This document shows, in pieces, positions 27,868 through 39,054 of a DNA stretch of 64,000 nucleotides. Position 1 is the stretch's first letter. The number at the start of each line of letters is the position of its first letter. The position numbers and the translations under genes were made by a program. Source of the DNA: Carcharhinus amblyrhynchos (Eukaryota). Below the pieces are notes generated by a model, which was given only the letters and a program-made list of their open reading frames with translations, was not told the DNA's origin and searched no databases. The stretch lies in the NCBI GenBank assembly GCA_965287045.1, contig OZ336873.1, positions 52,452,001 through 52,516,000 of the forward strand, read 5' to 3'.

Positions 27868-29319
27868 AGTTGACTGGTTCTTTTTGTAGTATATGGTGGA
27901 ACATATTGAGAAGAACTTACGAGTGGGAAATTGGCACTTTCTAGTCCAGCAGAGTCTGCACATGCAGATGTCACTTCTTGAGATGTTATCTCTACAGAGG
28001 CTGTTTTAGATGGGGATCCAGCTTTTCCCATCCCTAATCACAGACCTGTTCCTAGATGGTAGAGAAGCTAATTAAAGCGATCACATCTTCTTCAATGCTA
28101 CAACAGAGGAACTGAATAATCATCACTCCAGCACTCTGGACTTTCTGAATAACCAAGAGGTCTTTTGGTCAGTAAGGACTCTTAACGTTGCAATGTTAAG
28201 GTGGGTTGTTAGGCAAATTTGTCCCATTATCTCTGCTCATGTGGCCAGGAAACTTTAGAATATTTGATTATTTAAAAAAATCTCCAGAGGCTGAGATTCC
28301 CTCAAAACATGGCAACCAGGATAACAGATGATGGTTGAGTAGAAATATTAGTGTGAGACAAGATATAGTGACTGAGTTTTGGTGTTTATGAAGGGAAGTA
28401 GATGGGAAACCAGCATGGACATAATTAGGAAAATGCATGACAAGTGTGGAAAAGTCTAGCTGTGGATTTTATCAATGGGGGTTTGAAGTAATCTTGGTAA
28501 CTGGCAGGGTATGAGGCTTGAAGCCCAGTTCTGGTTTAAACAGGATGGCAGGATATTGTATAATTTGATTCAATCTGATTGAATGACCGGAAATGGGATT
28601 GGTGTTTGCCAGGTGCTGAAAACAATAGCTCAGATCAAACTGGAGACAATTGTAGCCTATTCATAACTTGCAGCCAATCAAGCAGCTAATAACTCAATCT
28701 TTAAACTATTAGCAAGATCCAGGATGTGGACGAAGAGGAAATGGCCACAGATAAATTAAGGAATTCCAGCACTGATGGTGCAGAAGTGAGAACAGAAGCA
28801 TTTGAAGATATACTAGCTGTCTTAGGGAAGATAGGAATAAAACTGCAGAATCGATTAGCCAGTAATTCATCAGGACTGGGAGCTTGAAGTTGATGGATTC
28901 AATGCCCATTACCACTTTTTTTCCACTGGAATACACTTGGAGTCATTTGTGTGTTTGGGTAAGCCTCCATCGCAGAGCTGCTCAGGGTGGCTATCACTGC
29001 AGTTTTTGCTGGCTGTCTGGAAACAACAAATCTGACTGCCCTCCAATGCCAGCAGCCACCTTGCACAGTGTGTTTTATAAGCACTAACAATTCTAAACTA
29101 ATACATTTCCTCTTCCATGCTAGGGAGAAAATGGATACCATCTCTTAAATCCTGAAGCTCAATCTTGGGGTGAAATTAATAATGGACATTATTTTTTTAA
29201 ACCCTAAAGCTCTGTTAGTGCAAAGTCAGAGAGGGGGATGTTTGTATTGATCAGAGTAGTTTAAAAAATTGATGCAAACTCGTATGTGAGAGCATCTTCA
29301 ATCAGTTGCATAATGAAAA

Positions 29320-29510
29320 ATATTACAGATACTGAAATTCAAAAAAAAAAGTGCTGGATGCCAGTCAGGCAGTATTTGTGTCGAGATGAGGAGAATCTCT
29401 GAACTTTCTTAAAGTTTGTAACATCTCTTAACTTTTTCCAGTTCTGACTAAAGATCGTTGACCTTAATATTGATGCTACTTGGTCTGAGTGTTTCCAGAA
29501 TTTTTTGCTC
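29320..29510. mobile_element. Old Penelope-like inverted-repeat remnant
   Basis: aaaagtgctggatgccagtcaggcagtat mirrored by gatgctacttggtctgagtgtttccag; degenerate 'ctgactaaagatcgttgacctt'. Confidence 0.4.
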
Positions 29511-30427
29511 AATCATTTATTGTTCGATTTGTGCTCAATGCTTCAAATAGACACTGCAATTTGCAATGGTCATTCATTCATTGGGATCATACTGTGTGAA
29601 AATGGACTGGCTACATTACAGTGGTTTCATTTCATAAGTGAGCCACTGGTTATGAAATATTAAGGGATATCCTAAACATTTGCTGTAATAAATACAAATT
29701 CTTCCAAAAAGGAAGGGATATTCTTTGTTCTTTTTGACTGTCCTATATGTTAGCAAACTAGAGGATTCGAGTTACTTGCGAGCATCTCAATATTTTAGAA
29801 ATAGTGAAATCCAGAATATCTATCCATTTTTCACTATGTTATTGTCAAATGATAATTAATCTCAAACAAGGTTACCTCTAAGTTGTGCCAGTAAACTCCT
29901 GGGTAATCATCCCAGGGGGGATGGAGTCCTGTCTTGGTCTGAAGACATGTAGTGACTGGAGCAGTCGATGGGCTGCCCTAAGATAGCCATTGTGGCAGGG
30001 GTGGGTGGGGGGTGGTTGACAGCTTCTGTATAGTTTTTCTTTGTTAATACAAGGTCTGTGAGTGTGCATCATTACACTATTTAATTTTTACTTAAAGAAT
30101 TATGGAACTTACTTTAACAGTTTGTAGCAAAGAATATTATATTCCAGTCAGCCTCTGTGCAGAGACATTTTTTTCTAACCTCTAATTTTCTGTAATTACC
30201 TTAAAGTAGTGGGTTTTTGTTATTGTATCAGCTCCCAGTTGAAGTAATCACTTAGTTTAGGAGTTCTGTATTGGGTCTCTGCTAATCTTCTGACCTCTAG
30301 TGGGTAAATTCTGTGGGTGAATTCCCTCATTTCAGTGAAAACAATGCTACTTTTCTATTTAAACTCTTTCATGTTGACTCAAGGCCATTGTGATTAAAAC
30401 CTTTCATATGAAGTCCCCAGGTAATGT

Positions 30428-31357
30428 CATAAGAACATAAGAACATAAGAAATAGGAGCAGGAGTAGGCCAACTAGCCCTTCGAGCCTGCCCCGCCATTC
30501 AATAAGATCATGGCTGATCTGTCGTGGCTCAGTTCCACATTCCCGCCCTCTCCCCATAACCCTTAATCCCCTCTCTCATCAAAAACCCATCAACCCGCGT
30601 CTTAAAAATATTTAGCGAGGCAGCCTCCACCACTTCAACGGGCAGAGAATTCCAGAGATTCACCACCCTTTGAGTGAAGAAGTTCCTCCTCAACTCTGTT
30701 CTAAACCGCCCCCCCTTTATCTTGAGGCTATGCCCCCTAGTCCTACTATCCTTTCTGAGCGGGAAGAGTCTCTCCACCTCTATCCTATCCATCCCATTCA
30801 TCATCTTATACATCTCAATGAGATGTCCCCTCATTCTTCTAAACTCTAACGAGTACAAGCCTAATCTATTCAGCCTCTCCTCATAGCTCAACCCCCTCAA
30901 CTCCGGCATCAGCCTAGTAAACCTCCTCTGCACTCCCTCCAAGGCTAAAATATCCTTGCGTAAGTACGGCGCCCAAAACTGCACACAGTACTCCAGCTGC
31001 GGCCTCACCAATGCTCTATACAGCCGCAGCAAGACCTCCCTACTTTTATATTCAATCCCCCTCACGATGCAGGCCAACATCCCATTCGCCTTCCTGACCA
31101 CCTGCTGCACCTGCAAGCTGGGTTTTTTGCGACTCATGCACAAGGACCCCAAGGTCCCTCTGCACCGTTGCCTGCTGCAGTTTTTCTCCACGTAAGTAAT
31201 AATCCTTCCTACCATTATTCCTACCAAAGTGGACCACCTCGCACTTACCAACATTAAATTCCATTTGCCATTTCCTGGCCCATTCGCCCAGCCTATCTAG
31301 ATCCTTCTGTAGACTCTCCCCACCCTCCGCACAACTTGCCTTTTCCACCAATCTGCA
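30428..31357 (-). mobile_element. Young CR1 LINE 3' fragment
   Basis: ORF 30529-31254 (RPQLEYCVQFWAP, RRNFFTQRVVNLWNSLP) and (ttcttatg)n tail. Confidence 0.92.
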
Positions 31358-31429
31358 TTGCATGATCACCATCCTCGGACAGGCTACTAGGTACCCCAAT
31401 TCAGTGTGATCTTCTGGACACGTGTTTTC

Positions 31430-31610
31430 TAGAATTCAGGAATCCCTACAGTGCACAAGGAGGCCATTTGGTCCATCGAGTCTGCACCAACCACAATCTC
31501 ACCCAGGCCCTACCTCCGTAACCCCACACATTTACCCTGCTACTCCCCTGATGCTAGGGTCAATTTAGCATAGCCAGTCAACCTAACTCACACATCTTTG
31601 GACTGTGAGA
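31430..31610 (-). mobile_element. HE1-like SINE 3' half
   Basis: gaatccctacagtgca...atttaccctgcta...caatttagcatagcc. Confidence 0.7.
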
Positions 31611-32342
31611 GGATTTGCATTTGATGGGATGATGGGAAGGAGAGATTCATGTGAAGTACAGTGTCATTATTAGGAGGATACAAAATTATTAATACAATAT
31701 TGTACTTTAATTGAGTAAGCTCCTTCACTTGCTCTGAGAGCAGTAAGAGTCGGTATTGCACAGCAAGAGCATCCCCATCCAGCCCTGTAGCATATTCCCC
31801 AAAATGAAAGAACACTGGCACTTTGACAAGAAACTGATTAATTTGTCTGCCTTTGGGAAATGCCAATACAGATGATCAAATCTACCTGCCTTAACCAATT
31901 CCATCATAGACTGGGTGAAGAAACTTCCCTGTTTGTGCTGATCATCTGAACGAGTGCAGTGATTCAAGAAGCCCCAGTGCATATATTTAGGACATTGTGG
32001 TTAACACAATAATTTCCAGACACAGAAACATAAAGAATTGCCTTCCCTATCAGTCAACTTGGTCACAAAGGTTAATGAGTACTGACTATAACAAATTTAG
32101 AATACTTTGCACATCTTTTTGATGCTATGACCTGACATAATATGGAGAAAATAACAAAATGATTATTAAAGCTGAGGTACTAGAATCACAGTAGATCCAG
32201 ATTCTATCATTCTGGTTGTGCTTATTGAGAGTAGGCAGACAATATATAAAAATATGTTTATTTTGAAAAATACGCATTTAGAAAAATGGAGCTGGGGACA
32301 GCTTAAGGTGCTTTAATATTTATACCAGCTAGGCCTAGCACA

Positions 32343-32760
32343 ATGACACTCATCAGGGTATTGGGACCCTTACTGTTCATGTTGTATATTAATGATTTGG
32401 ACATGAATATGGGAGGCACAATTGGGAAATTTGCAGATGACACAATGATTGGCCAAGTATTGGATAGGGTAGAGGATAGCTATAATCAACAAAACCATAC
32501 AGATGGGTTGGTGGAGTGGGCAGTAAAGTGGCAGATGGATTTTAACATAGAGAAGTTTGAGGTAATGCATTTAAGGAGGTCAAGCAGTTACAGGGAATAC
32601 ACAATAAATGGGAATGTATTAAAAGGGGTAGATGAAGTGAGAGATCTTGGCATATAAGTACACAGGTTTCTAAAAGCTGCAGTTCAAGTAGGCAAGGTTG
32701 TAAAGAAGGTGTATGGAATTCTCTCTTTTATTGGCAGAGGTATAAAATATAAAAGCAAAA
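32343..32760 (+). mobile_element. CR1 RT internal fragment
   Basis: VLGPLLFMLYINDLD...KFADDT...WAVKWQMDFN. Confidence 0.85.
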
Positions 32761-32933
32761 ACCTTAGAGATGTGAATACTATCCTAATTTTTGGACACAA
32801 ATCATTTTGTTTGAAAATCTCCACAGAGCAGATTTAAAAATGAGTTTTCTGGCACAGTGTTTCCAGCAAATTACATCATTGGTTTTCTACAAGTGCATGT
32901 GTGTAGACAAGTATCAGTATCCATCTTGCATTA

Positions 32934-33061
32934 ATGTGGAGATGCCAGTATTTGACTGGAATGGGCACAGTAAGAAGTCTCACAACACCAGGTTAAAGTC
33001 CAACAGGTTTATTTGATATCACAAGCTTTCGGAGCTCTGCTCCTTCATCAGGTGAGTAATG
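32934..33061 (-). mobile_element. 128-bp Penelope-type non-autonomous element with a 12-bp TSD
   Basis: Perfect direct repeat catcttgcatta at 32922-32933 and 33062-33073; family sequence shared with 1-101, 18055 and 34420. Confidence 0.7.
33019..33055 (-). ncRNA. Minimal type I hammerhead ribozyme motif
   Basis: Minus strand TCAC-CTGATGA-A-GGAGC-AGA-GCTCC-GAA-AGCT-T-GTGA: catalytic boxes, stem II, stem I and palindromic stem III. Confidence 0.65.
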
Positions 33062-33721
33062 CATCTTGCATTAGCAGGAGAGAGTAGTATCAAGGCATCA
33101 TTTATGTCCATCCAAGCAGGTAGATAGGTCCTCGGTTTAATGTATCATCTGAAAGCACTCAGCAGGAATGCCAGCCTTGATTTATGTTCTGATGCCCTGG
33201 AGTGGGATTTGAATGTTAACAATCTCACCTTTGAATTACAAAGTTACCAAATGAACTTCTGCTGGCATCTATTAGGTTGTATTACAGTGTCAACTCGCAA
33301 AAGAGCATGTGTATAAAAGTTACATGTTACTCTACAGAGATTTATTATTCATTGTAATGTTGGGCTAGTAAACTGACATCCCATGCTGTTTATCTACCAA
33401 GTTTATTAATTGACTAATGCCAGTTAGGGACAAAGATGAAAAATGCCTAAATAATAGACTGGAAGCAAGTGAATACAATGGGTTGAATTGATAATTTCTC
33501 AACATTCCTACCAACTTATGTTCTTCACTTGTTTTATTAAAGAGAATGCTGGCATGTGATTAAAAATTCTTTGGTATCTTTAATCAACTTGCACTTCAAA
33601 TGTGAAGTGTTAAACACATTGATGACATATGGAAAGAATTTCAAACTATTTAATCGAAAACAACTCTGTTTGGAAGTTTTTGTTTAAAAATTGAATTTAC
33701 ATCATTTTTCTTGTGTATATT

Positions 33722-33858
33722 GGCCAGAATTCTCCAATGTTGTTCACACTGTCACTACTGCCAGCGAGAACAAAGAATCTGGCACTCAGCTAAATCTCCA
33801 CTCACAGGAGGGGGACCGAGAGAATCCCAGCCACGATGAGATTGGAGAATCCCAGTCA
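33722..33858. mobile_element. Small MITE-like element
   Basis: Imperfect terminal inverted repeats ggccagaattctcc / ggagaatcccagtc. Confidence 0.35.
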
Positions 33859-34259
33859 CTGTCTTTGCATAACAAAAACGCCAAGGGCTGTATGTCGTTA
33901 CTGCTTCAATTTTTATTTCTTTTTAACTTCTTGATTTTAATACTGGTTTCCTAATCCAACAGTTGATCTTTTTGTAAGTCACCAGCATCTTTTATTTTCT
34001 GTTTTGGAATAGATGACTTTGATGCTGAGAAATATTCCATTGAGTATACTAAATAGGAGTTATCACATATGGTTATAATTGTAAGCTAGTTTATGTTAAA
34101 TATTTGAGGTCAGTTCTTTCAAGAAATTATTAAGGGCAGTGACGTTAACAATTACATTGTCATTAAAATGGCAGTTTTGATTAGATGAAGTTTTGAAAAG
34201 TAAATTATTTCAATGGCAACAAGAAAAATCAGTGAGTTCACAATGAGAGAGAAGCTTGC

Positions 34260-34980
34260 AAAGAATATTTGGGGGAGGCCATTTGATTCTTTGAGACTAC
34301 TCCACCATTCAACAGGTTTGTGGCTGATCTTCTACTTTAACTCCATCCATCTTCTCACATTGTCCCTTAACCCCCTTTGTAATCCCAAAAATTATCGACC
34401 TCTGTCTTGAGTATGCTCAGTAAGAAGTTTCACAACACAGGTTAAAGTCCAACAGGTTTATTTGGCCAAATAATTTTACAATGACAGTAGGTTTATTTGT
34501 GCCACATAAACCTGTTGGACTTTAACCTGGTATTGTGAGACTCCTTATTGTGCTTACCCCAGTCCAACGCTGGCATCTCCACATCTTGAATATACTCAAC
34601 AACTAAGTATCCATTGCTCTCTGGGTTAGAGATTTCAAAAGAATCACAACCCTTTGAAGAAATTTATCCTCCTCTCAGTCCTAAATGGCTAACTTTTTAT
34701 TCTAAGACTGTGACCCTGTGTTCTAGATTCCCCAGCCAAGGGAGACATTTTCTCAGTGTCTGTCCTTCAAGCCTTATGAGAATTGTCTATATTTCAATTA
34801 CATCACCCCCTTATTTCTCCAAATTCTAGGCATATAGGTCTAGACAAATCAATTTCTCCCCACAGGACAATCCCCTCATCACAGGAACCAGTCAGGTGAG
34901 CCTTCAGAGCAGTATATCTATCCTTAGGTAAGAAAGCAAAAACTGCACAATAATCCAAGTGTGACCTCACCAAAAGCTTA
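34260..34980 (-). mobile_element. Older CR1 3' fragment, split by the hairpin element at 34420-34583
   Basis: ggaggccatttg...ccattcaac...tggctgatct...cctcaccaa, homologous to other CR1 tails in the window. Confidence 0.7.
34420..34583. mobile_element. Penelope-type hairpin element with a ~15-bp TSD
   Basis: ~48-bp inverted arms; tcttgagtatgctca (34405-34419) and tcttgaatatactca (34584-34598). Confidence 0.65.
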
Positions 34981-36543
34981 CCTTAATGTGAATAATATGA
35001 AGATAGATCAAGTTGATTAAATTATGTTTATTTGGCTAATTAAAAAACAGGGAAGTTAACAATTGCCATATTTAATTGGAACATGGGATTAAAAGCAGGT
35101 TATTTGATGCATCAGCCTGCTCTGGCATTGTCAACTATGGATGGAAAACATTTCTACCAGCTGCCAGAGTGGGATTTGAACCATGTCTCCAGTGCATAAG
35201 CCTGGGCCTCTAGATTATTAGTCCAGTCACAATACCATCATGGCACTATTTTACAATTCCATTGCTGTGTGCCATCCAAACTCTGAACAACTTAACTTTC
35301 AATAACTTAACTCTTAACAACTAGTTAATCCTGTACTTTCCACCCTCATGACACAGTTTGTACCAGCCCTTATTACAACACTTGGTCATGTTAATCTTTA
35401 TGGGAAAAAATGGTTTAAAAATATATCAAATTTTAAAATATTTCTCTGGACTTTTAAGAATGTGATTGTTTTTGTCAAACTGTAAAATGAAATTGGCGAT
35501 AAAAAGTGAATGACCAGTGGGAAGATTCTTGGTTCTCAAACTAGTGCAAAAGAGGCAGTGTGAATGAGACTGATAAGAAAGGTGCTATACTGTGGGTACA
35601 TTATACAAGAGTCACAAGTCATTGGGGTCATTCATAATAGATTGAGGCAGGGAAGGATTAGCATGGCCATGGGTATGTATTGTCATAGAGATGGTATAAT
35701 GTATGTGTCATGAGGGTGGAAAGTATAAGATAAATAATTGTTAAGAGTTAAATTGTTGAGTTGTTCAGAATTTGGATGGCACATAGAAATGGAATTGAGA
35801 AATGGTGCCACGATAATATTGTGACTGGGCTAGTAATTCAGAGGCCCAGGGTCTGTTTTGGGGACATGGAAACAAGTCCCACCATGGGAGCTGGTAAAAT
35901 TTAAAATTTATTAGTGAGTAAATTGAAAGCTAGTCTCAGTAATAGTGACCATGAAACTATCATCAATTGTTTTAGGGAAAAATATCTGCCACTTTACCTG
36001 GTCTAGTCTCCATGTGATTCCAGATCCACAGCAATTTGGTTGAACCTTAACTGCTCTCTGAAATGGCCTAGCAAACCACTCAATCCAAGGGCAACTAAGA
36101 GTGGGCAACAAATGCTGGACAGCCGAAGAAAATAATAATAATTTTAAAAATACTGGAGTATATAAGTGCAAATCACATATAAATTCTACAAAATGCTGTA
36201 GAAATCTGGATCCAAGTTGGAATATAGTTGCAGTGGTGATGCTAGTGGATCCCAGTACATGAAAAGCAGCCACACATTAAGAGTGAGCCAAGGTAGCAGC
36301 TATAATCGGACTACTCAGCGGTGCAGGCACCGAAGTCAAGCTTGATTCTGTATACAACCAATCTCCACAGTCCGAGATTAGGAGTTGCTGAAAAGTTGTG
36401 TGGCAGGTGAGGTGTGTTTTGTGGGGAGCAGTGGTATTGTAATTGGGCTAGTAATCCAGAAAGCAGAGTAATGCTCTGGTGATCAGGTTTCAAGTCCTAA
36501 CATAGAAGCTGGTAAGTTTGAATTCAATAAAATTTAGCCATCA

Positions 36544-36616
36544 GCTGACGTAGCTCAGTTGGGACAGTGTTAGACTGAAGATCTAAATGTCCCTGGTTCA
36601 ACCTTGGGTTTTGGTG
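36544..36616 (+). pseudogene. tRNA-Phe(GAA) pseudogene
   Basis: 73 nt colinear with vertebrate tRNA-Phe (tagctcagttggga...ttagactGAAgatctaa...gtccctggttc); acceptor, D and T stems damaged, largely by CpG transitions. Confidence 0.8.
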
Positions 36617-37639
36617 TTCAGCCACACACTGGGTCACTTCACTCTCTGTAATGGGGAACAATCAAGAATGAGAACTTGAATTATTTTTCCATTACAAACA
36701 ACATTCCATACCCAGGGCATAGTGATTAAGTTTAGCATGTCTGCTGTCTCCCCAACTGAGATCAATTAACTTCCTACACACCAACAATTAAACCTGGGAT
36801 CTTCCTGGTCTGTACAGCTCTATATCATAACAGGTTGTGCACTGTTGGAGGGAGGGGGGTGGTAGGTGGACAAGACAGTGTTTAAGTATCTAATCATTTG
36901 AGTGTGTCATGTAGTTTCCATAACTGGTTCTGCATATCATTTAGACTAGCTAGTACTTGTTGGTTTGTTAATTAATTCCATTCAGTGCGGTGGAACTAAT
37001 TTTGGATCGCTTCAGTGAGGATCTAGCCCAGATACCAGGAAACCAGGGAAACTAAAAATTTCTCTGTAAATTGAGGCTTGTTGTGGTCTTGTGAAAACTG
37101 TTAGGTTTTTATTTTTATGATTTGTACCTCTGGCCAACTCTAATGAACAAAGATTCAAGAAGTTCTCCCAGAAGCTAAGACAGAGATTTCAGGATTTTGG
37201 TTAAGAGCTGCAAAGAGGGTGTGAGGAAGAACTTTTGTTAAGCAGTCAGTAGCAAAGATTTGGAATGCACTGCCTATGAGGATGGTGGAAGTGGTGACAG
37301 TGCATGATTTCAAAAGGAAATTGGATGAGTACTTGTGGGAAAGAAACTTCAGGGCCAGAGATAGAGTAGGGGAGTGGGACTGACTGGATGGCTTGACAGA
37401 GAGCTGGCATGGACTTCCTGTGGATCAAATGCACTCCATGTGGATCTGAATTTAAAGGCTGAGTTTTCACCATGGAGGCAAGAAACAGGATCTGGGTTCT
37501 TCTTTCAGATCAGAGGGGGGAAGGGTAGGGGAATGGCGACGGGGAGGGGTGGGTGGTGATTACAGTTAAGATTTTCACAAGTGAGCCCTTAATTGGCATG
37601 GAGGCCATTGCATTTTATTTTTGTGTGTAACCTTAGAAA

Positions 37640-37970
37640 CAAAGAATTCCTACAGTGCAGAAAGAAGCCATTCAGCCTGCACTGGAAGAGCATTTTACCC
37701 AGGCCCATACACCACGCACCCTATCCTTGCGTTCCTGTGCATTTACCAGATTACCATGGCTAATCCACTAACCTACACATCTTTGGATACCTATGGGCAA
37801 TTTAGCATGGTCAATCTACCCTAACCTGCACATTTTTGGAGTGGGAGAATACCAGAGCACCCAGAGGACATCCACACAGGCACGGGGAGAACGTGTAAAC
37901 TCCATACAGTCACCCAGAATCAAACCCAGCTCCCAGGCGCTGTGAGGCAGCAATGCTGGCCATTGTGTCA
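37640..37970 (-). mobile_element. HE1-like SINE
   Basis: gaattcctacagtgcagaa...caatttagcatggtcaat...gctgtgaggcagcaatgct. Confidence 0.7.
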
Positions 37971-38554
37971 CTTCAAGATAAATTGTTGGTGGCCGGTCTG
38001 GTTAAGGGCAGTGGGCAGGATCTCAAAGTTTCAGGGCCAATTGGACCCCTGCCATTTTTAGAGGGGTGCTCTGCTGCAGTTTTTTAAAATGCGTTCATGG
38101 GCATAGGCATCACTTGCTGTCCAGCATCTATTGCCCAACCATGTTGTCCTTGATTGCTACAAGTGGCTTGCCAGGCCATTTCAGAAGGCAGTTGAGGGTC
38201 AACCACATTGCAGTTCAAGTTATGTAATTGAGAGGGTGCTTCAACAAGAAGTGTCCTCTCAGTCACCTTTCAAAAAACAGCCAGGCCATCAGTAGTAGGG
38301 GGTGGGAGAACCCACCCACAGAATGGTCTTTGGCAGTACCCCACATGGGTGCTGGCACCCTGACCGGCCACTGGGTACTCACCTCCAGGCATCTGCTCCT
38401 GTTGTGTTGGGAAATTCCAACCCGACCTTCAATAGAGCTTGTCATGAGTATTCATGGGCAGCCTTACCAAGCCCTGAACTCATCTCCCCAAAAATGGCCT
38501 GTGCCAAGAACAGCATCCCCATACTGACCAGTCAGCATCAGTATTTTCAGCATC

Positions 38555-38765
38555 CCCCACTCTCTCCAAAATCTACCCCCCACCCATACCCTCCACAATC
38601 CACCCTCCCAGCAATCCAATCCCCTCCATGATTCACCTTCACTCCTATCCCCACCCCATCCCACAATCCACCCCCCACCCCCATCCCCACCTCCACAATC
38701 CATCCCCACCCCCCCAACAATCCCCCACCCCTGCCCCGCCACACACACACAATCTCTAATCCCAA
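38555..38765. repeat. C-rich degenerate tandem repeat (ccctccacaatccacc-like)
   Basis: Repeated ccacaatcc/ccccaccc units. Confidence 0.7.
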
Positions 38766-39054
38766 TTTGGAGGAGGCTCCAACATTCAGTCATTTGACTC
38801 TAAACTATAAATGTGAGTGAAACCACCAATGATGAGAAGGAACAAATAACTCTGTTTCCTACTGGATTGACACAAGTTCACCTTAATATCATTGCTTAAG
38901 CTCAATGTGTTTAATACAGGTGCAGGCACATCGGTGCATTATTGTCTTGGGCGACATTAAATAACAATAAAAAGGATTGAAACATTTATAAAACATTTGA
39001 AATATAATTTTGCAGGGACAGTTACTGGGCGCACTATCTCCCTTTTGCCCACTC

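Noticed and set aside
29440-29475. Additional hammerhead candidate ctgactaaagatcgttgacctt
   Set aside because: Both catalytic boxes are mutated; at most a decayed remnant.
30529-31254. Long RT-like ORFs as host genes (also 41430-42422, 50994-51602, 62041-63519)
   Set aside because: Truncated LINE ORF2 fragments with LINE tails and no sign of domestication.
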